A stretch of 63,969 bases of DNA, filler included, from Licmophora abbreviata (GCA_900291995.1; 10 parts of 10 records of this genome joined end to end with filler, not necessarily neighbours in it), one strand, 5' to 3'. Counted from the whole stretch's first letter, positions 44,927 through 55,990 are shown. Numbers and translations: made by a program. The notes: a model not told the origin generated them from the sequence alone.

Positions 44927-45109
44927 TAGTGTAGAGAGACACGCGTTGTCTCGACTGACTTCACGAATGAGTTCCACCTCATACTTCTAGCCGGCGTGTA
45001 TTGGTCACGCACTCTACCCCCTATCGTTGTGTATGCTCTAGTTTATGAAGCCTGTATCAAATATACTTATTGTTCCCCATGTCCACGCCTCGTTCCACTC
45101 AGTGTCGTC

Positions 45110-46046
45110 TCAATATCCTTTGGAAGCTTGGTCGACAATGTCATAGAGACTCAGACGCAGCAAAAGCTTGGACGCAGGTAACAGAGTCTGCGTCTTTTGT
45201 GTCGCGTTGTACCGACTCGAGTGGTAGTAGGCCATGTCACTCATGGGTACGGGTACAATGAGTTCATGAGTCAAAGCCTGGCACAGCTCTTGCACCGTTG
45301 CGACGTGCGCAGTGCGATTCGCGCCATCCTGCACGAGCAGTCGCATCCAGACGAGTGCTTGTATGAGGTGAATCAGATTCACAACCACCACGTCTCCATC
45401 GAGTGATGATGGTAACAGTCGATCATGATATAGGTCTTGTAGGACGCGACCGATGGCAGTAAGGAGAGCTGATCCTAATGACATTGCAGTCCACCTGCAT
45501 GACGCCGAGCCAAACGGTGCACCAGGTCAGGAAGGAAGTAGTTGTGCTACTGGGTGTTGGTGGCTGGGGGGAGGACGCTTGAATCTGTTGCCTGAGAGTC
45601 TCTTCCATCCACTCACTGGGTGTACTCATACGTTTCACTTGCACCGCCAGATGCTTGCAGAGACCCGCCAGCGTTGCTTGGATCTCGGGGTACCGTGGCA
45701 TCTTGAGGAGGAGGTAGTCAAAGACCGTGTCAGCGCTGTAGAGAGGAAGCGCCGTGGACATTGCCATGGAGAGGATGGTTGTGAAATGAGCCTTGTCGGT
45801 ATGAGAGATTGTTGTGGGCTCAGTGGAAGCAGCGTTGGCACGACGAGACTCCAGTGCCCGGACGAAGAAAGGCAGTGGGAGAGCCGGGGCGGCATTGGCA
45901 GTGGCGCCATTGTTCTTCTTCTTCTTGAGACGCTCGCGGAGAATGATCACTGCCAAGGCTGTCTTGAGACAGGAGTCTTCTACGGGGGAGATGGCGTGAG
46001 GCGGAAACGCCGCAGATGGCGTTGCTGCTGCCGTCGTTTTCGTCAT
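45110..46046 (-). CDS. Hypothetical protein split over two overlapping frames (junction unresolved)
   Basis: ORFs 45423-46046 and 45110-45484 both look coding and helical. I could not find a phase-compatible GT-AG pair. Confidence 0.45.
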
Positions 46047-46254
46047 GGTTCGATTGTTCTTCTTGTCGCATCAATCAACATGATGTTTGTTGGCGCGCCA
46101 TTTTTATTTCGAATCGACCATTTTTGACAGTTTCCAGTTTTCACCAAAATGGGAAACTGTCAGATTTTCGAGAAACGGATGAGTTTGGCGGGAAAACGAC
46201 GCGATGATGGTGACACGACGAGCATGATGCGATTTCTCCATTCTCTTCCGTCTG

Positions 46255-47177
46255 ATGCCTTTCACTGACACGATGTGGACTCTTCGTCTCACTCGTAGGC
46301 TAGTTTTAGCAGTTTTCTTGCTGAAAGTTGGGGTGGGCTCGTTCGTCGTTCTTCAGAGGAACGCAGATTCACCTTCACGGCCACGGCTGAGCATGACGGT
46401 GCCGTCAAATTTCATTGTCAATGGTCTAGATTCAGAAGAACATCAGATTCACCTCCGAAATGCTACTTGTATTCTCAGAGAAAAACATGTCTTTGGGAAA
46501 CATAGGCAGTGGACACGACCTTGGCGGCCTAAATCGACTGCGAGTAGCTTGCGATTCGACTTTCACTACAATGAGCTCTTGATGATGGGCAATGAGGAGG
46601 ATGGTACTTCAAAGTCATCGTCCACACACACTAGAGTGATCATGCTGATTCATCCTATTGGTGTAGGCATAGCAGGATGGTTTTACAATCGATTGATTGG
46701 CTCCTTTGAGAGAAACAAGGACAAGATTGGTGAAACAGGAGGTGCGGTTCTTCTTGCACCCGACCTTTTGGCATGTGGTACTGCTTCGAGTCTTGTCGTG
46801 GTCGACGAAACGGACACTTTCGAAGGTGGCAAGCAATTTACGACCAAGAGGATTCCACTGTTGACGGTGGATGACTGGTCCGAGCAGATCCTGCAGCTCA
46901 TGTCAAGCTACGAGAATGAAACTCAGACCACTGTAGAGTGGACTGTCGTTTCCAATGGCGGATGCATACCCATTGCACTTCAGGTGGCTCAAACACTCGT
47001 TTCGGCAAAACGAGCCAAGCACGCCGTTAGAGGAAGCTTGACGCATGTCATTCTCTCGGCCCCTCCTCGACTGTCGAGTCTTTTGAGAGAAGAAACACCT
47101 GATAGGAGGTCGAGAGTGGAACGGTCCTACTCTCGACTGTCGGGACTTGTTGGAAGACTCTTCTGGTGGTACGCGTT
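46255..47177 (+). CDS. Alpha/beta-hydrolase fold protein with signal/plastid presequence, 3'-truncated
   Basis: LIHPIGVG…APDLLACG…DDWSEQI…VVSNGG. VGS-FVV follows a hydrophobic signal. Confidence 0.65.
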
Positions 47178-47277
47178 NNNNNNNNNNNNNNNNNNNNNNN
47201 NNNNNNNNNNNNNNNNNNNNNTTAATTAATTAANNNNNNNNNNNNNNNNNNNNNNNNNNNNNNNNNNNNNNNNNNNN
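47178..47277. other. Artificial contig linker
   Basis: N44-TTAATTAATTAA-N44. Confidence 0.98.
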
Positions 47278-47286
47278 AGTACAACT

Positions 47287-48297
47287 ATGAATTCGAAACG
47301 CATGGATATACGTCGAGATATGTTGGTCCTTCTTTCCAGACTGCGACGAGATCATCTTGTGACCTTCGTTTTCGGCTTTTTCACTTCGACTCTCTTGATC
47401 CTTCCATCGTCTCGATCCTCCTCTCCCCACTACCAGCTTCAGGTTCAGACGCAAATGGACTCCCACTGTGACGATGTCGTTCCCCGCTGGATATGGAATC
47501 TCCATCGGCATGAGAACCGGGTATATTCCATGTCGGGGGAGGATGGGATCACGGAGCAACTGATCCGACGCGTTCGGCCCGTGCACAAGTACTACGCCGA
47601 GCTTGGGACTGAATCCGGAGTAGAGTGTAACACGCGCATTCTTCGTCAACAATACGGGTGGAAGGGACTTTTGGTGGATGGTGGACATTACAACAAGACC
47701 ATTGGTCTGTACAAGGAAAAAATTCATCCTGAAAATATCGTCGGCTTGTTCCAGAAATACAAGGTGAAACCAGACCTCGACTATCTTAGCGTCGATACGG
47801 ACTATGCCGATTTTTGGATATGGAAATCAATACTGGAAGCAGATTATCGTCCGCGCATTGTCGTCGGGGAGATAAATTCCAATTTCCAACCCACCGAAAG
47901 TGCCACTGTCCACGCACCACCAGTCAACAAAGTACGATTCTGGAAAGACATCAATAACTACTTTGGCGTCAGCTCATTGGCCTTGAAAAGACTATGGAAT
48001 AAGCACGGCTATACCATGGTATACTGTCAGTTCGATCAAACCAACTGCTGGGGTGTCCGTACAGACTTGTTGAAGCTTGGAAGCAACGCGAGTGCAGCAG
48101 CAGTCCAAGAATGTCTTTGGCACAAGCCTTTATCTTATCATCGGAAACTGCATGCCAAAGATGTTTCGAAAGAGACTTTCTCATGGGTAAACGAAATGGG
48201 GGATGTCGTCTCAGATAAGTATGTGGCTTCCTTTACAGACGTGAAGTTTGTTCAGTGGCAAGTTCGATCCGATCCAGACTTTGACGAGGATACCTAA
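47287..48297 (+). CDS. FkbM-like SAM-dependent methyltransferase, type II membrane protein
   Basis: VYSMSGEDGI, YYAELG…ECNT…WKGLLVDG, LSVDTDYADFWIW, RPRIVVGEIN and YFGVS motifs. N-terminal TM segment. Confidence 0.78.
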   Translation: MNSKRMDIRRDMLVLLSRLRRDHLVTFVFGFFTSTLLILPSSRSSSPHYQLQVQTQMDSHCDDVVPRWIWNLHRHENRVYSMSGEDGITEQLIRRVRPVHKYYAELGTESGVECNTRILRQQYGWKGLLVDGGHYNKTIGLYKEKIHPENIVGLFQKYKVKPDLDYLSVDTDYADFWIWKSILEADYRPRIVVGEINSNFQPTESATVHAPPVNKVRFWKDINNYFGVSSLALKRLWNKHGYTMVYCQFDQTNCWGVRTDLLKLGSNASAAAVQECLWHKPLSYHRKLHAKDVSKETFSWVNEMGDVVSDKYVASFTDVKFVQWQVRSDPDFDEDT

Positions 48298-48380
48298 ATC
48301 ATTCATACAGCTAGTTGTAGAGCTATTTGGTAGTTGTTAATTCCTTCTGTAGCTGCGATGGGATGGATGTTCCTAGCGTT

Positions 48381-49202
48381 TCAGCCGAGGCCTATATACC
48401 CGACCATGTACGCAACAACAACAGACATAAGAAAAGATATCGGGGGGCGGAACATTGCAGAGCTCGTTGTTGGTGTCATGGCGGGACCGTCATTGTCCTC
48501 GCACCCCGGAATCGAGGTGCCAATCCGCGGGCCCAGTCCAAAAGCTGAACAGAATGAGTCTGGATTCTGAGCCCTGACAGAGTCCACTTGATCGGATAGG
48601 GCGCCGCACGTGCTAGGGTTGGGCCCTTCTTCGCAAAGACGGATTCGCGCGAAGGATTGCTCCTTGTCGCGATCGAATGCCTGCAAGTTGTGGAGAGTCC
48701 TGCCTACGTCTGCCATCTCGGAAGCACCTGGCTCGACCGAGAAGAAGTCCCTGATTGCATTGTAGCAGTTACTCTGAGAAGCCTCACAATCGACTGTGGT
48801 TCCATCGACAGCGGAGATAGTGGGCAGAAGTACGACAGCGCCAGTATCTGTTTCGTCCCAGAATGAAGGAAAGCCGAGTTTCACGCCCGATGCTACAGTT
48901 CCAGACTCGAATCTGAGCCAATTGACAAATGCAGATGGACTTCCTCCCGTGCCATCCGAGGAGGGAAACATGAGCACGAGGAGATCGGGATCGATGCTCT
49001 GTGACTTGATGTTGTAGAAATCCAGACAGGCTTGTGAGGCCTTGCTCCATGGAATGAGTACATCGTCCCCAAGCTGACCGTAGACCTTGCAGTCGTCAGC
49101 GTCGTTTCCGTCGAACTTGCATTGATCGCACTCCCCCTTTGCCCTGGAAGCTACGGCTGCAAGGACCCAGAACTGCAAACAACGGGAAATGGAAGTCCTC
49201 AT
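48381..49202 (-). CDS. Secreted Cys-rich protein with hydrophobic C-terminal tail (candidate GPI-anchored surface protein)
   Basis: Signal peptide, multiple Cys, Ser/Thr linker (TPTTSSA) and terminal hydrophobic stretch. Confidence 0.7.
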   Translation of the reverse strand: MRTSISRCLQFWVLAAVASRAKGECDQCKFDGNDADDCKVYGQLGDDVLIPWSKASQACLDFYNIKSQSIDPDLLVLMFPSSDGTGGSPSAFVNWLRFESGTVASGVKLGFPSFWDETDTGAVVLLPTISAVDGTTVDCEASQSNCYNAIRDFFSVEPGASEMADVGRTLHNLQAFDRDKEQSFARIRLCEEGPNPSTCGALSDQVDSVRAQNPDSFCSAFGLGPRIGTSIPGCEDNDGPAMTPTTSSAMFRPPISFLMSVVVAYMVGYIGLG

Positions 49203-49299
49203 GGAGCTGGAAAGTAAGAGATGTGTGTATGGATATGATACAGTGTGACTATAGTATGCCGGTATCTGAATTCAATCCCGACTTTCAGGTTTCCAATGA

Positions 49300-49399
49300 N
49301 NNNNNNNNNNNNNNNNNNNNNNNNNNNNNNNNNNNNNNNNNNNTTAATTAATTAANNNNNNNNNNNNNNNNNNNNNNNNNNNNNNNNNNNNNNNNNNNN
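49300..49399. other. Artificial contig linker
   Basis: N44-TTAATTAATTAA-N44. Confidence 0.98.
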
Positions 49400-49606
49400 A
49401 AACAGACCTGAATAAGAGCTCGCGTCTGTCCACCAACCGGTGGTCTCCCCATTCCTCATCTCACTTGGGAACATTCAACTAACATTCAACATTCGTCTCT
49501 CCACAGGGCCACACACGCACTACAGGTACCGCAGTTGACTCTCATACTTTTCCTGCTAGAAGTAGTCTTGTAACATCCGTAACTCTGCGCTGTCCCGTTG
49601 TTGTGG

Positions 49607-50932
49607 ATGAGAGTCCATTGCTGCGTGCTCCACCGCCTGATCTTGCTTCTTGTGATCACTGCTCTGGCTAAGGCTTTCGTCGCGAGTCATCCGGGTCGAT
49701 CGCGCCCCTTGTTTCTTCTTAGTTCAACAAGAACCATGGCACCTCACCTCCCACTCAAGCGCAAGATGACCTCTTCGTCTTCAGAAGTCTCCGAGATAAC
49801 CGAACGGACGGATGCCATGGAAGCTCGGGCCGAGGAGGGGTCGCCGCTTGTCGACTCGGAGCTCGATGAAATCATTCAGAGTATCAAGAATATCGCGTCT
49901 GACAATCATGTCGACCATGCCAAACTTCGAACGACGCTCAAGCAAGTCGCGCATCTTTCCCACAAGGACTGGAGTCGTACGGCCACGAATTCTGAACTAC
50001 TGGGGAAATCTTTGCTGCCTAACGGCATGTCACCTGGCGCGAAGACTATGCTTTCCAGAATCCTCAACGATGGAAATTGGGACCGCGCTGCAAAGCATGG
50101 GACCTCGATCCCCGAAACTGACCACCCGTGGGCCGTCCTAGTGACGGGAGTCAATGGAATTCGAAAGACGACGTCTATTTACCAGACCTGGTTTCCTGAT
50201 TTATTGGGAGAGGCCCTGGTCGCTCCGGAGGGCGTATCGGCTGCAGACTTGAAGCGGTCTGACCTCCCCTGCGGAGCCAACAGCTTCTTCCGGCAGCTTG
50301 ACCACATGATTGCTACTCTTTGCAACGAGGATTTTTCTAAGCTGTATTCTTTGACACAAGCAGAAATGAACGGAAATGAGGCACCCGACACGGAGGTTGT
50401 ACTTCGATACTCCAATCTCAAAGCGGCTATTTTCACGAGGTATCGAACCTTGTCAGAACTTTTGGGAGCGCTTCTCCTGCGAGAAGCGCAAAAGTTGACG
50501 GCGAACTGCATGATGGAGACCTCTGGCAGAGATGTAGCAATGTTTCATTATGTGGATCACTTTTTCCCTGTTGGATACAACAAACTGGCATTACATTTTG
50601 TGATCAATGATTTGTCCTGTGCCAAGCAGAGCGTAGACGCGAGAATGGTGCGAGAGATCAAGAAGGGCATTGCAGCAGTCAAGGAAGGAAACACTGAGAA
50701 AATCATCCAAGCGAACGCAGGAGGCCCGTACGGCTCGGATGTTCTGGCGGGTGTACAAGAGGCATCAGATCGTGTCTGGAACGACGTTGTCCTCAAGAAT
50801 GACGGCATTGGCAAGGACTGGTGGAAAGCAACAATCGCTATCAATGCACACCCCACAAAGCCTTGGACCGCTCAAGCTATATACCCAGACGGGACGCATG
50901 GCACAGAATACACGTTCGAAGATATATTGTAG
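49607..50932 (+). CDS. P-loop NTPase/kinase (zeta-toxin-like fold), plastid-targeted
   Basis: VLVTGVNGIRKTT (Walker A variant), MMETSG (Walker B-like) and SVDARMVRE lid. Signal peptide followed by AKA-FVA. Confidence 0.65.
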   Translation: MRVHCCVLHRLILLLVITALAKAFVASHPGRSRPLFLLSSTRTMAPHLPLKRKMTSSSSEVSEITERTDAMEARAEEGSPLVDSELDEIIQSIKNIASDNHVDHAKLRTTLKQVAHLSHKDWSRTATNSELLGKSLLPNGMSPGAKTMLSRILNDGNWDRAAKHGTSIPETDHPWAVLVTGVNGIRKTTSIYQTWFPDLLGEALVAPEGVSAADLKRSDLPCGANSFFRQLDHMIATLCNEDFSKLYSLTQAEMNGNEAPDTEVVLRYSNLKAAIFTRYRTLSELLGALLLREAQKLTANCMMETSGRDVAMFHYVDHFFPVGYNKLALHFVINDLSCAKQSVDARMVREIKKGIAAVKEGNTEKIIQANAGGPYGSDVLAGVQEASDRVWNDVVLKNDGIGKDWWKATIAINAHPTKPWTAQAIYPDGTHGTEYTFEDIL

Positions 50933-51003
50933 ATTGAACTTCATTCGTAATTCACAACAGGACAGCGCTCGCTAGCTACATTCGGCCCTCGCATTGGAGG
51001 AAG

Positions 51004-52333
51004 CTAATATCGCTTCTTAATTAGGTGAAAGTCGCCGCCACGCACCTCGTCATACAGCTCGTCGAGATAGAGATCATCCAGGTCTTTCTTGTTCATGTCC
51101 ATCCACAGCACATACTGCAACCAGCTGTGATATGAGCGGAAGTTATCTCCAAGGCAGACGAAGTACTTGAAGAAGTTGATTATGAGAAATATGCCCCGAG
51201 TCATCAGTTTGAGCATATCGCTGATGCACAAGGGGAAATAGCGGAAAGTGCAGTTATCGTCTGGCAGTGGGAAAGTTGGAAGCCGCCACTCTTATAGCAA
51301 CGGAGCTCCATTCCTCCATGACGGTACTGACTCTTCTGACAGACGGTGTTCAAAATACACGCACAAGCACAATCAAACTGCACCAAAAGAAAGGGGTTCT
51401 TGGGCACGTTCGTCACAGGATCTTGGTTGTTCACGCTGCGCACAAAGCGAAGGTTGCCCTCCATTTCCGCCTTTTGCATCAAGCGTTGAAAGCCTTGCGA
51501 TCCAACTTTGGGCGAGCCGAACGAAAAGCACGAAACTTGTTCCGGGAAACCAGTCTTGTCTGCTTCGGTACTGCAGAAGACAGAGAAAAGTGTGCAGAGA
51601 GCTCCGCCCAGCGAGTGACCTTACACGTTTATAAGCAAGTACGAGTGAGAAGTATGGTACATAACGCAGATGCGCACGTCGTCAATGTGCGGTATGTTCC
51701 CTGTAAGAGCTCATACGCACCAGTGACATAAAGTTGGAATCCTGGATGCTCAGCCAAAACAGTTCGCAGATTTCCCATGATTGTCTGGTACTTGGATTTG
51801 GTTCCATCCTCCGCTGTCCCACCGAACAGATACTGATAGAAGCCTTGATGGAGTGCCACCTGCGTACCAAAGTTGGGCAAGCGATCACCAATATCGGCCT
51901 GGACCTGAAGGGCTCGCATGTCCGTCTTCCAGTCTTCTGTTGTCACACTCCCCCGAAACGTGAGAACAATGCGCTTGTTTGTTGGCTCGACCGCAATGGA
52001 ATAGACCAACTCCTCCTCGTTGTGTTCATCGTCAAAGAGGACAATCTCGGTGCATACGCCTTCCCAACCGTCCAGAATCGATCCAATCAATGGAAGCCGT
52101 TGGGTGCTATCGGGATACTTGGCAGCAAAGAGGTCCTCGGTATCAGATACGCACTGACGCAGCCTCTGCGACGTCAATGGAAGCTGTGTGCCGCTGCCTG
52201 CGGCGTCCCACCCGCGATATTCCGCAATGTTGTATATCATAGCGCTGTGCTCGAGCATCGCGCGTGTCTCGTGGTAGAGGGTGGGACCGGGCTCTCCATC
52301 ACCCGTCTCGACGTCATCTGCTCCCTCATTCAT
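51004..52333 (-). CDS. Class 3 lipase-like protein; intron 51620-51720; apparent frameshift near 51265
   Basis: LVYSIAV…VLTFRGS…DW, LHQGFYQYLF, TG|HSLG, FSFGSPKVG and DPVTNVP. The C-terminal segment (incl. SYHS) is in a different frame. Confidence 0.82.
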
Positions 52334-52469
52334 GGTTGTTGGATCTAGTACAGGCACTCTGAGTGAGTCTCCGCGCCACTAGTGACGACGGACTAACGAA
52401 CACTATCAAACTCTTCAGTTCTAAAACCGAAACAACAACATCAGTAAGACAACGTTCGCTATTATGTAC

Positions 52470-52569
52470 NNNNNNNNNNNNNNNNNNNNNNNNNNNNNNN
52501 NNNNNNNNNNNNNTTAATTAATTAANNNNNNNNNNNNNNNNNNNNNNNNNNNNNNNNNNNNNNNNNNNN
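52470..52569. other. Artificial contig linker
   Basis: N44-TTAATTAATTAA-N44. Confidence 0.98.
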
Positions 52570-52937
52570 TGAAGGGTCTCGCCGCCTTCCAAACAGAGCT
52601 AGAAGGCAATCTAGAGACTCTGGAAAATCACGTGGATGAAATGTTTGTCGCGCAAGCAGATTCCATGCCGCAAGACGCCGACGTGGAGCGCGAACGAGCC
52701 TACTCAACGGCGGGCACCCTGGAACGCCGCCTGACTGGTTTGTCCGATCAGCTCCAGACGACTCTCCAGCAGCTGGACGCCTCGCAGGAGCAAGCATTTG
52801 GGCAAGGCGACGTCGGCGCTATCGTCCGTATTCTCAATCAGCACCAGAACGGATTGGTTCAGCTTGAAAGCAAGTCGCGGGCGATGGAGCAGGATATCGC
52901 TGAGGTTTCTCGTGTCATGTCCCACTGGGAACGTTGA
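52570..52937 (+). CDS. NUP62: Nucleoporin Nup62/Nsp1 C-terminal coiled coil, 5'-truncated
   Basis: ADVERERAYSTAGTLERRL…IVRILNQHQNGLVQLE matches the Nsp1/Nup62 C-terminal pattern. Confidence 0.72.
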
Positions 52938-53892
52938 GAGGGGAGACCACGTCTCAGCAATCTGTGTATCTGGTAACATCAGGCCTGACCAGGTAGCAGG
53001 ATTTAGAATCTTTTGTTACTGTGCTAGTATGATGCTACTCTTCTTCACATTTATAAACATTATGAGTTCACCAACACCTGCGGTTTCCAACCACCTTGAC
53101 CAGACAGACACCTGTAGCAACCAATTGGTGGGCCGTCGCTGTTCTTCAGAACTTGCTTAACTTGATTAGTTCAGTTCACTCTAAGTATAATACTAGGGCT
53201 TGTGAATCTCGGCCGAGAAGTCCCTCGACGCTCACACAGCATGGAAGGAACTGGCTGCAAGTACCAGCAAGTCAGACGTGATGTCTTGGGTCCCGGCAGT
53301 GGGTTGCAATATCCTTCATTTCTCACTCTCTGTACAAACCTTCTTCGTATGACCCTGAAAAGATAGTCGATCGCTGAAGAATACCAGCAGACAAGTTTTG
53401 GAAAGCATATGTTTGCCCGCTTGTGTCTCCCGGTAGGTGTGAAGAAATGGCATTCACTTGTGCTGAATTCGTACACTTTCACTAGGACATGCCGCCCGCA
53501 TGTGCGTAGATCACATTGCAATTATTTTCAAGATCTGACCATGTTGTGCAGTGATATCATCTGATAGGACTTTTATCCGCCGGACGTTGGAAAACTTTCT
53601 GAGGCATAGAAAAGTAGTACTATAAGTCCGCACCTCAACGTAATCACTGATGACAAGTAGCTCTCCCAAATTCGATTTGACACTAACAATCCTGAGATGA
53701 GAAAATTACGCATCAATCCCGAAGTATGAACAGCATTTTTTTAATAATAGAAGCAAAACTTAAAAAAAGCATTAGAGTGTACCTGTCTTTCGGAAGATAA
53801 AATGCGCAAACAAGAGTAATGGCGAAAGCAAGATGTTCGTGCTAGGCGAAAAGGTTAGGACCATGGTCCATGGTCCATCCTCCAAGATAAAT

Positions 53893-53977
53893 TGACTGAT
53901 ACGATCAAGCATCCATGGTCTTTTTAGGTTCGTTTGTCCGTCACTACAGGAATTTTAAAATGACTGATACGATCAAG
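53893..53977. repeat. 17-bp perfect direct repeat TGACTGATACGATCAAG (53893-53909, 53961-53977)
   Basis: Seen directly. Confidence 0.85.
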
Positions 53978-54802
53978 GATTAACCGATTTTAGTCTACGA
54001 TTGAGACTATGCCAAGGAATTTAGATGAACTTCGTATCTAGAAGGCGTTTTTCATTATCCAGGTTGAGCAGAGATATTACTGACCAGAATCTGACTGAGA
54101 ATGACGGAACAAAGGCACTGAATTGTCATGCAGATGGCTTCTCCACAGCGAAATTTCTAATCAAACGGAGTTCAAATAGTTGTGCACGATTCCGATTTTC
54201 TTATCTCAGGGATCAGTAGAAGGAGCGCTCTTTGTACCGTTAACCTTTGTAAGACTTGTACTCCTAACATTGAAGAGAGCAATAGAGGCACGAACCACTT
54301 CGAAAGTCGATTCTTTTCACAGCAAGCAGGTCGAGGAATGTCATCCTTGCACATTTATTCTGCTACTGGTACAAAGACCGCGCTGCATAAATCATGTCAC
54401 TTCTTTACCTGGCTGGTACCAGTACCTGGTTCTACCAGGTACAATCTGGTATTCTAAAATATCATGCCAGTGACCGAGAGTGCCACAGCATTTTTAGGCT
54501 GCAGTGCCTTGTATAGTACCGGTATCTATCAGGAAAACACCAGCAAGCAAGGTGCAGATACAGGTACCGTGCCAGTATGACATGCGCTGTGCCAATCAAT
54601 GGTCCTACCCAAAGGATGAACACATGCTTGCAATTATCGTTAACCGTAATGAACAATCTTCCCTCCCTCCCTTCTTGCTTCCTTTTTCTCCTGCGAGCTG
54701 CGAGAGCCTGAAGAGCAGCGGCGTCATCATCCTCATGTGTTTTCTGTCAAGCGCAGTCTTCCCTCGACTGTGCCCCACCAAAAGGATACCAAACACCTTG
54801 TA

Positions 54803-55624
54803 ATGGATCCTCTCCACAAAGCTGTTGCCTTCGCCGTTTCAAGTCAGTCTCATATCGCGAGACATCTGACTCCAAATAACAGTGCCGCTGTACTGACACG
54901 CTTGCACACATCGCTCGCTGCCCAACCCGTCCAAGATTTCACAGGGCAAGCCTTGGGGTTTTTCACTGGTGTGAGAATTCCAAGTGCTCTCATTGCAGGC
55001 TCCTCACTTGGAGCCTTTTTCAGTTTGATAGAGCGATCAAAGTCGGCGGAGGACCGGAGCTCAGTTGAGCGTCTCCTTGTACGATGCTACCACGGACTAA
55101 GTCTTTTGTCACTTTGTCTCAGCCTCAACGTCATTATTACGAGTACAGTTGCTTCCACAACACTGCTTCTGGGTCATCATGACACCACGGCCACAAGTGC
55201 ATATGAGTTCCTGAGGAGAGAAATGAGCTACGAGTTTGTGTCAACCCGCTGGAGCTTCCTGACATCACTGCTCTGCTTCATCGGAGGGATCACAACACGC
55301 GCTGTCCTTGAGTTCGACTTGCTGGAGACAAAGAATCGTCCTGGGGCTCTGATTGTGCTCTTCAGCATGACAGCCCTCTTGAGTCACCTGTTGTCTTTCA
55401 TCAACGGTAGCTTGATTTGCTGGCCGAATCTGTTCGTGATGACGCTCACATTGTTTCGGATGTACGTTACGCGAGCTTTTGTCAAAGGGAAGTCTCTGGA
55501 GCTCCTCTCGTTTGCCTGCGCGCTAGGTGCCATGCTGAGTTTCCCGTGGGCAATGGCTGGTCTAGTAGTGGGGAAGCCCGCACGGGGCGGTACTCGCGGC
55601 AAAAGTGAGGAAACTGCGTCGTAG
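54803..55624 (+). CDS. Multi-pass membrane protein of unknown function
   Basis: Several hydrophobic helices. Intronless ORF. Confidence 0.72.
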   Translation: MDPLHKAVAFAVSSQSHIARHLTPNNSAAVLTRLHTSLAAQPVQDFTGQALGFFTGVRIPSALIAGSSLGAFFSLIERSKSAEDRSSVERLLVRCYHGLSLLSLCLSLNVIITSTVASTTLLLGHHDTTATSAYEFLRREMSYEFVSTRWSFLTSLLCFIGGITTRAVLEFDLLETKNRPGALIVLFSMTALLSHLLSFINGSLICWPNLFVMTLTLFRMYVTRAFVKGKSLELLSFACALGAMLSFPWAMAGLVVGKPARGGTRGKSEETAS

Positions 55625-55990
55625 ATGAGGAGGATGGGAAGTGAGGACGGCGGAGTAACAAATGCTACGGAAGGGTGGAGGGGGAGAGGGGAGGAGGCAT
55701 CCTTAACTTGTTTTCTGGCAGTCGAACTTTCGAAGTAGACTTTGCTAGTCAGCCTCCCTCCCATCTGATTACACAGTAGGTACCACTATGTGGTCGTTGT
55801 CATTGTCATTGTTATAATTCCATTTTTTCGACTCTCGACTTCAAACACCGCCCGCCGCCCGCGCGCGGGAGGCCCAGACTTTCAACTTTTCACTTTCAAC
55901 TTGCACACACATCAGAGTGTGAGCATCAGTGGCACCACGTGTAGCGAAATTCAAGGACGAGACGAGACGCGTCGACGCGGTAGGAGCAGT

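Noticed and set aside
39555..48297. Glycan gene cluster (GH36-like, glycosyltransferase, methyltransferase)
   Set aside because: It is interrupted by unrelated genes, and the methyltransferase is across an artificial linker.
49607..50932. Zeta-like gene as part of a toxin-antitoxin system
   Set aside because: It has a eukaryotic context with a plastid presequence and no adjacent antitoxin ORF.
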